A stretch of 64,000 bases of DNA, from positions 1,632,001 to 1,696,000 of the forward strand of contig CAVWVQ010000003.1 in assembly GCA_963758525.1 (NCBI GenBank). The letters are read 5' to 3'. This document shows, piece by piece, positions 43,305-53,787 of the stretch; the first letter of the stretch is position 1; each line of letters starts with the position of its first letter. The notes beneath the pieces are model-generated. The model saw only the letters and a list, made by a program, of their open reading frames with translations, made no database searches and had not been told where the DNA came from. This stretch comes from an uncultured Phycisphaerales bacterium (GTDB taxonomy: Bacteria > Planctomycetota > Phycisphaerae > Tepidisphaerales > Tepidisphaeraceae). Both the position numbers and the translations under genes were made by a program.

Positions 43305-44177
43305 TCACAGGGTCGCCAACGAGCGCCAACGGACAACCTTTTCCTCGAACGACAAGACGTTTCGGCCTGGGGTTGGGCTGGAGGATGGCAGGACAACGAT
43401 GCGCAGGGAACTGGTGGCTACGGCAGCATGTGCTTTCTCCACGTACCGTCGGAAAAGCGTGTGCGCCTTTCCGCCGTTGAAGGCGATGGTTTTCAAGTTG
43501 GTGTAGATCGCCAGAAGCCCCGCGAAGCCGTTGGCGACCTCGCTTCTGATAGCAGAGTCCAAGCTTCCAACGCGGTGGGCACTTCGTAACACATCCCAGA
43601 GCGCCAATTGCTTGGCGTGCAAGAACGCTAGCCGCTGAGAGTACTCCGTTTCGACTGATTCGCCATAGACCTCGCTAAGAATCTTCCAGAACTGATTGTT
43701 AGCGTGCGCGTAGTACTGTTGGAGCCGAATTGACTCGTCGCCAGGCATTGTACCCAGAATGAGGATCGTCGAGCTCTTGCCGATAACTGGCGGCAACCCA
43801 AGCTTAACGTTCATAATGTCACCGCCAAGGTCGTCAGTGGTTTGGCGCTGAATAGCCGCGACCAGCGGACGACGGTCGCCACGCTGCGGGGCAATCGAGG
43901 CATGGTCTGAGGAGTCCGCCAATTGCGCGAAAATCTGGGTTAGGACGCTCTTCTCCGCGCCGTTCAGGTTTCCGGTTTTCTTCAGCCCCGCCAGTTCGGT
44001 CGATAGCGCTTCTTTGCCAATAGTGAGTGCCACTTTCGGATTGTTCAGGAACTCGGGAAAGAGATTTACAAGCAGCTTCTCGAGAAAATCCAGAGCATTG
44101 AGTCGAATCCGCGGCTCCTTGAGCCCACGTGCCAGTAGGTCGGCACGTATGGAGCCCTTGATCTCATACCACGTCAT
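43305..44177 (-). CDS. DNA-deoxyinosine glycosylase-like (UDG superfamily) with a possible N-terminal extension
   Basis: ILGTMPG..S...QQYYAH..NQFW, LWDVL, GSLDSAI, LPSSSP. Core domain starts near 43814. Confidence 0.8.
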   Translation of the reverse strand: MTWYEIKGSIRADLLARGLKEPRIRLNALDFLEKLLVNLFPEFLNNPKVALTIGKEALSTELAGLKKTGNLNGAEKSVLTQIFAQLADSSDHASIAPQRGDRRPLVAAIQRQTTDDLGGDIMNVKLGLPPVIGKSSTILILGTMPGDESIRLQQYYAHANNQFWKILSEVYGESVETEYSQRLAFLHAKQLALWDVLRSAHRVGSLDSAIRSEVANGFAGLLAIYTNLKTIAFNGGKAHTLFRRYVEKAHAAVATSSLRIVVLPSSSPTPGRNVLSFEEKVVRWRSLATL

Positions 44178-44217
44178 TGCGGCTCCGGGTCAAATTCCCT
44201 AATTCGTCCCGTTTGCA

Positions 44218-44553
44218 TTACGCCGCCCGTGTGCCTGCGATGGCTTTCCCGATGCCCTGTCGCGTCACACCCAGCGCCAGCAGCGCCTTGCAGATTAAAT
44301 CGAGGCTGACATCCGGACTGGCGGCTTCCATTTTGGCTACACGCGACTGGCTTGAGCCAATTCGGTGCGCCAATTCATCCTGCGTGATCCCGGCTTTCTC
44401 CCGCGCAGGGCGGAGCATCCGGACCAGCCCTACTTTCAAGTCAATCAAGGCCATCTCGTCATCGGAGAGGCCAAGAAATTCCTGCACTCCACCAACCTTG
44501 AAGCCGGCTGATTCGAGTCTCTTTGTCTTATTCGCGTTCATCAGGCGCCTCAT
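44218..44553 (-). CDS. XRE-family HTH antitoxin
   Basis: TQDELAHRIGSSQSRVAKME..VSLD. Confidence 0.85.
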   Translation of the reverse strand: MRRLMNANKTKRLESAGFKVGGVQEFLGLSDDEMALIDLKVGLVRMLRPAREKAGITQDELAHRIGSSQSRVAKMEAASPDVSLDLICKALLALGVTRQGIGKAIAGTRAA

Positions 44554-44894
44554 TGGTCGAGTTCGTCATACAGCCGGTATCGGCGTCTGCACGCATCGAT
44601 CACAGCCGCCGGTGTTTTCTGGCTCTTCTTCACGAAGACGTCGCCGATGATGATGGCGTCATCGTCGATGCGATACACGAGCCGCCATATCACGCGCTGG
44701 CCGGCGTCACGAATTCGCAATTCGTGGCAGCGAGGCCCGATGGACGGCATCGGCCGAGAGGTCGGCATTGAGAGCAATGACCCCACTTGCAGCAGCCGCA
44801 GCAGAAAGCCCGCACTGCGACGAGCATCAGTCGAGAACGGCGGTGTTTTGACCTCGCCAACTAACTAGACCAACGCTTTGCCTTGCCCCTCCAT
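44550..44894 (-). pseudogene. RelE/HigB-like toxin with an in-frame TAG at codon 10
   Basis: MEGQGKALV*LVGEVKTPPFS...SRPMPSIGPRCHELRIRD...WRLVYRID...KKSQKTP. Confidence 0.75.
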
Positions 44895-44901
44895 CCGATA
44901 C

Positions 44902-44930
44902 ACTATATGTCATATGTGACATTGATGCAA
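44902..44930 (-). promoter_or_regulatory. sigma70 promoter with palindromic operator for the TA operon
   Basis: TTGCAT-17-TATAGT with TGTCA-N4-TGACA in the spacer. Confidence 0.7.
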
Positions 44931-45007
44931 GCTTTCTAACTAAGCCATCCGATTGCCTGCTGAATTCATGGATACTTTCGCTTTCGTCGGTCGCGCGGCA
45001 CCGGCCT

Positions 45008-45490
45008 CTAAATTTGCGCCGCCCCGCCATCCACAAACGGCTCGATGCCGGTGATGAAGCTGCTGTCGTCCGACGCGAGGAAGAGCACGGCTTTGGCGAT
45101 CTCGTCGGGCGTGCCGGTTCGGCCCAGGGGTGTATTTGCGGCCGCCTGGGCGTCGAACTGCTTGATCTGCTCGTCGTTCATTCCAAGTTCCGTCTTGTAG
45201 CCGGGCGTGACGACCGTCCCGGGCGCGACCACGTTGACGCGGATTCCGCGCGGCTTGAGGTCGACAGCCCACGTCCGCGCGAACGACCGGAGTGCGGCCT
45301 TGGTCGCGGCATAGACGCTGAACGCGGGGAGTCCCTTGATCGAGACCATCGACCCATTCAGTACGATCGAGGCGCCGTCGGGCATCAACGGAAGCGCCTT
45401 CTGAACGGTGAACAGCGTGCCTTTGACGTTGATGCCAAAGTATTTGTCGTAATGATCCTCGGTGATCTGCCCCAGCGGCATAAATCCTGC
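45008..45490 (-). pseudogene. SDR oxidoreductase, 3' part only
   Basis: YAATK, IRVNVVAPG, PLGRTG. No N-terminal GxxxGxG. Confidence 0.8.
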
Positions 45491-46215
45491 TCGATGAAAT
45501 CGGCGACATGCCCCTGTCGCTGCAGGCAAAGATCCTTCGGCTCATCCAGGAACAAAGCTTCGAACGCGTCGGCGGGAACGAAACCATCAGGACAGACGTG
45601 CGCCTGATCGCCTCGACGCATCGCGACCTCAAGAGCTGGGTCGCCCAGGGAAAGTTCCGCGCGGACCTCTACTATCGCTTGAGCGTTTTCACCATCCATC
45701 TTCCGCCGTTGCGCGAGCGCGGCGACGAAGATCTCGCGATGCTGGTCCAGCACTTCCTGCGCCGATATGGCCGCGAGCTGGGACGGGAGACCAACCAGAT
45801 CGCGCCAGAGGCGATGGAGCGTCTGCGGAGATATCAGTGGCCGGGAAACATCCGCGAACTGCAAAGCGTCCTCAAACAGGCGCTCCTCCGCTCTACCGGC
45901 CGCGTCCTTGTCCCGGCATTTCTCCCCGCTCTGGAGGACGCGTCGCAGGACGCGCCTCCACGGCAAACTCCGGCGCGCACGGATTTTTTTGACATGGACG
46001 GCTTCCTGCGGCAACGGCTCAGCCCCGATGCGAACAATCTGTACGCGGATCTGCACCGCGAGCTGGATCGGCACTCGCTTGCTCGCGTCATGACGTACAC
46101 CCGAGGTAACCGACACATGGCATCGCGCGTGCTGGGAATTGCCCGCCAGACCTTGCGTTTGAAACTCCGCGAGTCCGGTCTCTACCCGACCCAGTCCTTC
46201 AAAAGCGGCCTCTGA
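45487..46215 (+). pseudogene. sigma54 enhancer-binding protein, 3' part only
   Basis: Starts at LLDEIGDM (Walker B), then FRADLYYRL, WPGNIREL and a Fis HTH. Walker A and GAFTGA are missing. Confidence 0.8.
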
Positions 46216-46334
46216 TGCGGCGCGCGACGCATCGGGCCCAGACATTGCGGGCTCAGGGCAACAACGAGGGAGCAGGTCACTTTTTGCACACTTTAAGTCT
46301 ATGCGCAGGAGTGTCATACAATTGTGGCCATCCA

Positions 46335-47375
46335 ATGCCTGCCGACCCATTTCCCAACCTGGAACACTTTCTGCGTGGAATCCACCGCAGGCTGACGCTG
46401 CTGCGAATCATCGAGCGCGTTGGTGTTGCCGTGGCAATATCATCGGCCTTGGCGCTCCCGGTGATCGTTTTGCTCGCTTTGCGCGGGGCCGAGGCGATCG
46501 CGCCGACGGTGCTCGTTCTCGCACTGGGATTTGTCGGCGGCGTCGCATGGGGCGTGTCGCACATCCCCACGGCTCTCGAAGCGGCACTGGAGGCCGATCG
46601 ACAACTCCAGTGGGCTGATCTGCTCACCTCGGCATTTCTTATCCGTGCGGCGCCGAAGGATCCATGGCAACGCGCTGTGCTCGCCGATGCTGATCGCCGC
46701 TGCGAAGGGCTTTCGCCATCGTCTCTGTTTCTGCGGCGATTAAGTTCCCGGGCATGGAGCGGCATCGGATTGGCGATGACGATCGTGCTGACACTCTCGG
46801 CATGGGTGGGCGCCCCCGCCGATACCTTGGCACGCGACGCGCGTTCTTTAACCGCTTCGAGCCAGGCGCAATCCCGCGGTCTGTCCCCTCAACCGCTTTT
46901 GGCGCCGATCACGCTGGCCGCCCAGCGCCCTTCCGCCGCTCCACCCGATGGGGAGGATGCGGCGGTGGACCGCTCCGTTTCCGCGCCGCCGCAGCGCGGC
47001 GACGGCGCCAACTCGCCCGCGCCCGCCGACGCGCCCGCCAGAGATGCCGCCCCCGACTACGCGCAGGGCGGCACTTTGGGCCGAACCGATGTCGTGTCGT
47101 CTCCCTCGAAGCCGCGCGCCGAGGTCGCAAGCGGAACTTCCCATGCTTCCGGTGGAAAAGCCGCTGGAGGAAACGCGCCTCCAGATGATGCGCCTTCTGC
47201 GGCTGGAAAAACCGCCGACGGAACCGTCGCTGGTCCCGCGCCCGGCGGCCTGTCAACGTTCCCTGGACCGCCCCCGGCTGGCAGCATGACATCGACGCGG
47301 CCCAGCGCGATCTCCAGCGGCGAGATTTCCCCCGCCGACCGTGACCTCGTTGCGGACTATTTTCAGCGAAATTAA
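46335..47375 (+). CDS. membrane protein with low-complexity C-terminus
   Basis: Three TM segments. Ends DLVADYF. Confidence 0.65.
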   Translation: MPADPFPNLEHFLRGIHRRLTLLRIIERVGVAVAISSALALPVIVLLALRGAEAIAPTVLVLALGFVGGVAWGVSHIPTALEAALEADRQLQWADLLTSAFLIRAAPKDPWQRAVLADADRRCEGLSPSSLFLRRLSSRAWSGIGLAMTIVLTLSAWVGAPADTLARDARSLTASSQAQSRGLSPQPLLAPITLAAQRPSAAPPDGEDAAVDRSVSAPPQRGDGANSPAPADAPARDAAPDYAQGGTLGRTDVVSSPSKPRAEVASGTSHASGGKAAGGNAPPDDAPSAAGKTADGTVAGPAPGGLSTFPGPPPAGSMTSTRPSAISSGEISPADRDLVADYFQRN

Positions 47376-47643
47376 AAGGCTTTGGACTTCCGAAACTCCT
47401 GATTTCGCCCTCGCGAAGTCGCTTTCGGTGGTTTTTGGCACTATTCTGGCGAATTCGCGAGAAACGATGCTTTAACCTCCCTAATGGGATGGCCGCAGCA
47501 GGCGAGCGCGATTACAATCAAGCCGAGCGAGCGCAAAGCCATTCGCCAGTCTTTGCGCACCAGAGCTTTTCGCGTTTTGACAAAACGTTCTTCGTTTTCT
47601 CGGGCGGGTGTTTTGGCTTTAACCACATTGTGGACTCATTCGC

Positions 47644-49254
47644 ATGTCTAGCAGCGTCTCACAAACCAGCTCGCGTACCACGCTGCCGCCTCCCCGGCAG
47701 CAGGAGCTTGCGACACAGTTTGTTTGCCCCTACTGCGGTGCCGTAAACGATGAGCCGCAAGGGCATTGCCCCCATTGCACGATGGAGAACACACCGGCGG
47801 CCCGAAATGCCACCAAGGCGCGCATCGGCCCCTGGTATGTTCTGCAAAAGCGCAATCCGGCCGCGCCGGGCATGAAATTCGAAACGCTTCTCTCGTTTGT
47901 CCATAAGGGCCGCGTCAAGGCGCACTCGATTGTCCGCGGGCCGACGACGCATCAGCTCTGGCGATTTGCTTCGCAGGTGAAAGGCTTGAGCCGCGAGTTT
48001 GGCTTGTGCTACAGCTGCGGGAGCGAGCTGCCGGCCGGCGCGTTGCTCTGCCCGCAATGCAATCGAGCACAGTCGATGACGACCCATCCTGACGCTTTTC
48101 TGGAGTCAGTGGACGGGGAGTCGGGCGCAGTGGTATACCGGGAGCTGCCCGCGAATCTGGCGGGCGCGGACAACTCGTCTGCCAACTCCGCTGCAACAAC
48201 CATGCAGGACGAAACTTCCAACGCTCCCGATGTTGAGCCCGCGCAGGTCTCGCCGGCGATGGAGCAACCCCCCACGGAGTCCGACGAAGCCCAACCTCCG
48301 GTCGAAAATGATCGCGATATCGTCATTCCGTCGCTTCCCGAGGAGGTCTCTGCGCCCGCTGAGCGACCGACCAGCGCCCGCGAGCGCCTCGCTCAGGCAC
48401 GCCGCCTGCGGTCATTCAACGCCAACTCCATCGACTCCGACGGCAACGGCGATCACTCATTCGAGGACGCGCCGCCCGCGCCGCGCCAGGTCGGCCCGAC
48501 GTTCGTCCCCGGCGCGCGCCCGCGCCCGCGGCACCTGCTGCCAGGCGACGCACCTGGATCGAGGGCGCGCTGTTCATCGTCATTCTCCTTGCCGCGGTCG
48601 GATCAGGATTGATGTACGTCGATCCAAGACTTCAAAGTCTTGCCGAGGGATGGGTCAATACCGGTTTGGCTGCCATTGGCGTTCGATTCAATACCAGGCC
48701 GTCCGATGATGCGATCCTCCCGGCTGATGCGAATTCCCGCCAATCGGTGGCGACTCTCCCGCGAGTGCCCACGCCAGTTTCCGGACCGAATTCCGCCCTC
48801 TTACCTGCACACCAGGCCACAACAAAGCCCCCGGCCGCCCCAGCGCCAGAGTTGGTGAACACCGTTGTCCCGCCGCCGGTTCCCGCACCGTCGCCCGCCA
48901 CCCCGCAACGAAACGTGCCTCCAATTGTCGGCGACAATAGTCCGCCCGCGCCCGCGCGCGCCTGCCGTGACCGCGCCGCCCGTGAGCGCACCGCCGGTCC
49001 CGTTGCCGCCGAATGACACGGCAGCATCCGCCGCTGACGCACCTGTGGCTCCGGAGACGACCGACGACGATCCATTCGCCCGTGCACGGACGCTGCGCCG
49101 CAAGGCAATCGACGCCGAGAATAGCGGCGACTACGCGACCGCAGTCTCATTATTCCAACAAATCAGGGATCTCCCGCGCGAAGCCTGGCCCGGTGACCTG
49201 GATCTTCGGCTCCGAGCCGCCAAGGCAAACGCCGACGGAAAGCCACGGCATTAA
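47644..49254 (+). CDS. zinc-ribbon, Pro-rich membrane protein, two probable frameshifts
   Basis: CPYC/CPHC/CYSC/CPQC motifs, continuing through ORFs 48609 and 48865. Confidence 0.55.
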
Positions 49255-49369
49255 AAGCAACGGCGTGACGGCGCGCTTGCAAATGCGAGACTCGGCGTGG
49301 AGTGCACTTGGACATTCGGAGACGACTCCTGAACTGAACATCTGGGGAGCATGTCCTGCCGCGGTTGAT

Positions 49370-50064
49370 TCAGTTCGCAGCCGGCTTGGTCGTCGCACCA
49401 CTATTCTCGAATTCGACGTGCTTGACGTAAACCAGTTCGTCGAGCGATTGCCCCAATTCTCCTTTGTCCCGCTTATGCAATGCGTACGTTTCGTGACCGT
49501 CCGGAGTCATCAGATACAGCGGCTCCGCGACGCCGCCGGTGATCGTCTTTCCGCTGTTGAGGGTGATCTGATATTGCGTCTCTCGGGCCGGGTAGGTCTT
49601 GCCGCTGTATTCCTTGATGTCGCTGCCGCTCTCCTTGAAATGCCATTCCTGCTCCTCCCGTTCCCAGACGACTTGCGCGTCGATTGATTGAATCGAAGCG
49701 AACGGGAGATCTTTGTACTCTTTTTGCGCTTCCACCCACACCCGCACCGGCTTGCGCGAGTATGCGCGATCAGCCCGTGAATCTTCTCTCCGTTGCTGAG
49801 CAGCATCATCGCCTGCCGTGCGCCGTCCGCGCGAGCGGCATCGAACGGCGACACCGGCTCGGTTGCCGGCGCACCAGCCGGGCTGCTGGATTGTGTCGCG
49901 GCAGACTTTGACTGCGACAACAAAAAATCCAGATCGCTTGGTGCCGGTTGAGTTGTGCCATCGGCGTATGTCAAGGCAGTCGCACCGCCTGCGAAAACGA
50001 ACGCGCATGCCAAGAAGCTGCGAAGGAATAAGCTGGGCAGCACCGCGCGGCACTCTTTGGCCAT
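49370..50064 (-). CDS. exported hypothetical protein, frameshift near 49755
   Basis: Signal peptide in ORF 49510-50217 and C-terminus in ORF 49370-50089. Confidence 0.55.
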
Positions 50065-50204
50065 GCGTGAAATGCGCAAAAGCGAACATTCGCGGACGTT
50101 CTTCCTGCCTCCTCCCCTCCTACCCGGGAGGATCGAGGTGGGGGCAGGCAATTGCTCCCGCGCTTCTGGCATTTGCGCAGCTCCTTCGCCAAAGTATACC
50201 CGCG

Positions 50205-51143
50205 ATGTTGCTTCCACGGCTCGCCAGCGCGGTGCAGTCCGTCTCCGCCGGCGGGTGGGCCGTCGGCGTCAGCGGAGGAGCGGACAGCGTCGCACTCCTC
50301 GACCTGCTCCGCTCGCGGCGGGATCTCGCGCTGCGTGTCGTCCATCTCGACCATCAGGCGCGCGGCCGGCAGAGCGCCGCCGACGCCGCATTTGTCGCCG
50401 ATCTCTCGGCCCGATGGAATCTGCCCTGCTCGCTCGCGACGCGCGATCAGCTCGAAGCTTCGACCGGCGGCCTTCCGAACAATCTGTCCGCCAGGTTTCG
50501 CGCGCTGCGGCTGATTCTTTTCCAACAAGTCGTCCGCGACCATCAACTCTCCGGCGTGATCGTCGCCCACCACGCCGACGACCAGGCCGAAACCGTCCTG
50601 CACCGCCTGTTGCGCGGCAGCGGCTACGAAGGCCTTTGCGGCATGAGCCGGGCTACTTCCATCGGCGAACTGCGGGTGCTTCGTCCGCTGTTGCGCGTCC
50701 CGCGAACCGATTTGCGAGCCCTGCTGCATTCAATCGGACAGACATGGCGGGAAGACCCGAGCAACGCCACCGACAAATATCTTCGCAATCGCCTGCGTCG
50801 CTTTCTCGCTGCTGATCCCGTGCTCACGCAAGATCTGCTGAGACTCGCGAGCGCCTGCAGAAAGTTACGACGGTGGGCCCGCGGCAGCGCGCCGCGTCTC
50901 GAGGAATCGTTCGCAGTGCATCAATTGGCCGACCTGCCCCTTTTGCTGGCTCGCCAATCGGCGCGGAGCTGGATGATCGATCGGGGAGTTCCGCCTGGTG
51001 ACATCACACCTCAGTCATTGGATCAGCTCGTTTTGATGGCCGCCGATGCGGCTTCGCCGGCGCGTGCCAATTTCCCGGGGTCTTTGCTCGTCCGGCGTCG
51101 TCGCGGCCAAGTCCTCGCGGAATGCCATCCACCTCGATTGTGA
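50205..51143 (+). CDS. tilS: tRNA(Ile)-lysidine synthetase
   Basis: VSGGADS, HLDH, AHHADDQAET, RPLL, EDPSN, RNRLR. Confidence 0.93.
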   Translation: MLLPRLASAVQSVSAGGWAVGVSGGADSVALLDLLRSRRDLALRVVHLDHQARGRQSAADAAFVADLSARWNLPCSLATRDQLEASTGGLPNNLSARFRALRLILFQQVVRDHQLSGVIVAHHADDQAETVLHRLLRGSGYEGLCGMSRATSIGELRVLRPLLRVPRTDLRALLHSIGQTWREDPSNATDKYLRNRLRRFLAADPVLTQDLLRLASACRKLRRWARGSAPRLEESFAVHQLADLPLLLARQSARSWMIDRGVPPGDITPQSLDQLVLMAADAASPARANFPGSLLVRRRRGQVLAECHPPRL

Positions 51144-51613
51144 ATCTCCCAAAGCCGACGGATCCTCCGTCGGAACTGATCCGCGCCTGGGCGCAGCTCG
51201 ATGCTGGCTTCTTGCTCCTGACTTCTCCTCCCGAGCTTTACCCCGTAAAGTGGCACGAAATGGCACGAATTGGCACACTTTTGAAGTTGCTCTGTGCCGA
51301 TCGAGGAGGAAGTCAATGTTGACTACGCCATCAAATTCATCCTGAGGTGTCGGAGGAGCCGCCGCCACAGATTCAGGACACGCAGTGGAACGCCGGGGAT
51401 TTCCGTGGAGCACCACGGAAACGGCGAGCATGCTCGCCGGCTAAACCAGATCCCCCTTCCTCCCCTTCCTCCGCTTCGTGCCTTCGTGCCTCCCCGCTGA
51501 TCCCCTTCCTCCCCTTCGTGCCGCAGTTTACCCGCCGCGGCGGGTGCCTTCGTGCCTGCTTCCATCCCCCTTTGCCCTCCGCAAGACAAACATTTATCAT
51601 CCTCCGTTCACGC

Positions 51614-52615
51614 ATGGGGCCGACCACCACTTCACCCGCTTCTCCTTCTGATTTCATCCGCCGATGGGAGCGGTCCGAGGCGGCCGAGCGGGCCAACTAC
51701 ACGATGTTTTTGACGGAGCTTTGCACGCTCCTGGCCGTTCCCGGCCCGGAGCCCACGCGCTCCGACGACCGCGACAACGCCTACGTCTTCGAGCGATCCG
51801 TCCCCATGGATGACGGCGACGGCAAGACCACCGTCGGCCGGATCGACCTCTACAAGCGCGGCTGCTTCGTCCTCGAAGCCAAGCAGGGCTCGATCTCCGA
51901 TGAGGAACCCGCTCTCTTCGTCCCCGAAACGCCCGCCCGCGTCCGCCGCGGCACAGCCGTCCGCGGCACCGCCCACTGGGACGCCGCCATGAAGAAAGCC
52001 AAGGGCCAGGCCGAGCGCTACGTCCGCTCACTGCCGGCGGATGAGGGGAACCCGCCATTCATCATCGTGGTGGACGTCGGCTACGTGATCTTTTCGGAGA
52101 AGCTCCGAAAGATCGAAGAGCTGACGGACAAGGACCGCGTCATTCACGAGCAGGGGCTGGTATCGGTCCTGAAACAAATCCACGACGACCTCGACGCGGC
52201 AGTCGCCGACGCCTACGGCTGGCCGCCGGACCTCGCCGACGAAGAAATCCTCCGGCGGCTGGTGGCCCTCAACGCCGAGCGGGCCGAGGAAGAGAAGCGC
52301 GGCCTGATCCGCTGGCTGCGCCCGGAATTCCAAAACCCCGGCGGCGCCTCCGCCAACCAGGGCCACCTCGGCCTAACCCCCGCGGAGCAACCCGCCCAGC
52401 CCAAGAAAGCCGACAAACTCCCCTGGCCGAAATCCCTCGCCGAGCAAGCCCAGGCCGTGCGCGCCGCGCTGGGCGCGGAAGCCGGGCCGGCCAGTGCTGC
52501 GGAATTGTCGAAGCGATTCAAAGGGGCGAAAGCGGATCGCGTTGGGGAGTTGCTGGCGACGCTGACGGCGCTGGGGAAGGCGCGGTCGGTGGGTGAGGAG
52601 CGGTTTGTGGCGTAA
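51614..52615 (+). pseudogene. MmeI-like type II RM enzyme with large in-frame internal deletion
   Basis: N-terminal ERANY..RIDLYKRGCFVLEAKQ..VVDVG joined directly to C-terminal IHDDLDAAVADAYGWP..RLVALNAERA. No MTase motifs. Confidence 0.8.
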
Positions 52616-52638
52616 GTCTTCACTGATCGGACAAGTGC

Positions 52639-53532
52639 ATGGCAACGCGAAAAGTAGCAACCTGCACAATGGACTGGATCGGCCAGTTTCAAAGGCGCTG
52701 GGCATATGTTCCGCCTATCGGCACAGATCGAGCGTACGGAAATGCGCTTGCCGTTTTGGTTCATTTTCTCGGAGAGCAATGGATTCGAAGAAACGTTGAG
52801 AATCAGCGGTCCAGGTCAAAGGAATTCCTGCGCACGCGGCTAGATGGCATTTACGACAAGGAGAGCAATGAGGCCCAGCTGCACGTCTCTCGGGTAATCG
52901 ATTTAGGGGAGATGATCTTCAACTCACAAAGTATTGAAGGCTTTGACGTCTGCATCGAACGCCTGAAAAGCGGCGACGTGGAGTCGGCATTTGCAGAGCT
53001 TGAAGTCGGAAAAATACTAGGTGCCTCGAAGATTTGGTTTCGTTTCGTGCGCCCATTCGCGAAGCGGAAAGGTGAAGACTACGACATCGAGCTCAGGTTT
53101 CCGGAAGGGCATTCGGCCTGCGCAGAGACAAAGTGCAAATTGGAGTCAACGCAGCAGACCGCGAAGACCGTCTCGAGCGCGCTTTCGGCAGCTCGCAGAC
53201 AGCTCCCACGGCACATCCCAGGAATCATCTTCATTAAGATCCCCGAAGCTTGGGTTGTGCATGAGACAGACGGCCGCACGGAGCTAGCCGAAATCGGCGT
53301 CTCGAACGCGATCCAAGAGTTTTTGCGCAACTCAGGCCGTATCGTCGGCGTGGAGCTTTACTCAACCCATTTCCAGGTGGCGGGTGAACAAGCGTGGGTG
53401 TACCTGCCACTCGCCGAGTTTCTGAATCCCGCTTCCCCTTTTTTTGGCGACGGGGACTGGCGGATATCAAAACGGACCCCGGATGTTTCGGCAGTACTCC
53501 CGGCTGGCTGGATCCACCTCGGATCGATCTGA
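52639..53532 (+). CDS. hypothetical protein, possible PD-(D/E)xK nuclease
   Basis: AELEVG...DYDIEL...AETKCK. Lower GC. Confidence 0.55.
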   Translation: MATRKVATCTMDWIGQFQRRWAYVPPIGTDRAYGNALAVLVHFLGEQWIRRNVENQRSRSKEFLRTRLDGIYDKESNEAQLHVSRVIDLGEMIFNSQSIEGFDVCIERLKSGDVESAFAELEVGKILGASKIWFRFVRPFAKRKGEDYDIELRFPEGHSACAETKCKLESTQQTAKTVSSALSAARRQLPRHIPGIIFIKIPEAWVVHETDGRTELAEIGVSNAIQEFLRNSGRIVGVELYSTHFQVAGEQAWVYLPLAEFLNPASPFFGDGDWRISKRTPDVSAVLPAGWIHLGSI

Positions 53533-53787
53533 GGCTCTTGTCGGTGCGTTTAGAGTCCCCTATTGCAGAATGAGAGTCGAATGCAGGGCTGCGGCCCCTT
53601 AATCCGGCTTACTCGCGTGTTTGTACAGATCCTCAACAACTTGGTGAATCGGATCGTCGGGTAGCGAATGCAAGGGGACGGCCCCTCCTCCGATGAAATA
53701 TGTATATCTCCGAATCACCTCCGAGCCCTCTTCGTGAGCCCTAGTAGCGAGTGAGCACGGCCGGGTACGCTCGCCACTCAACGGGGC

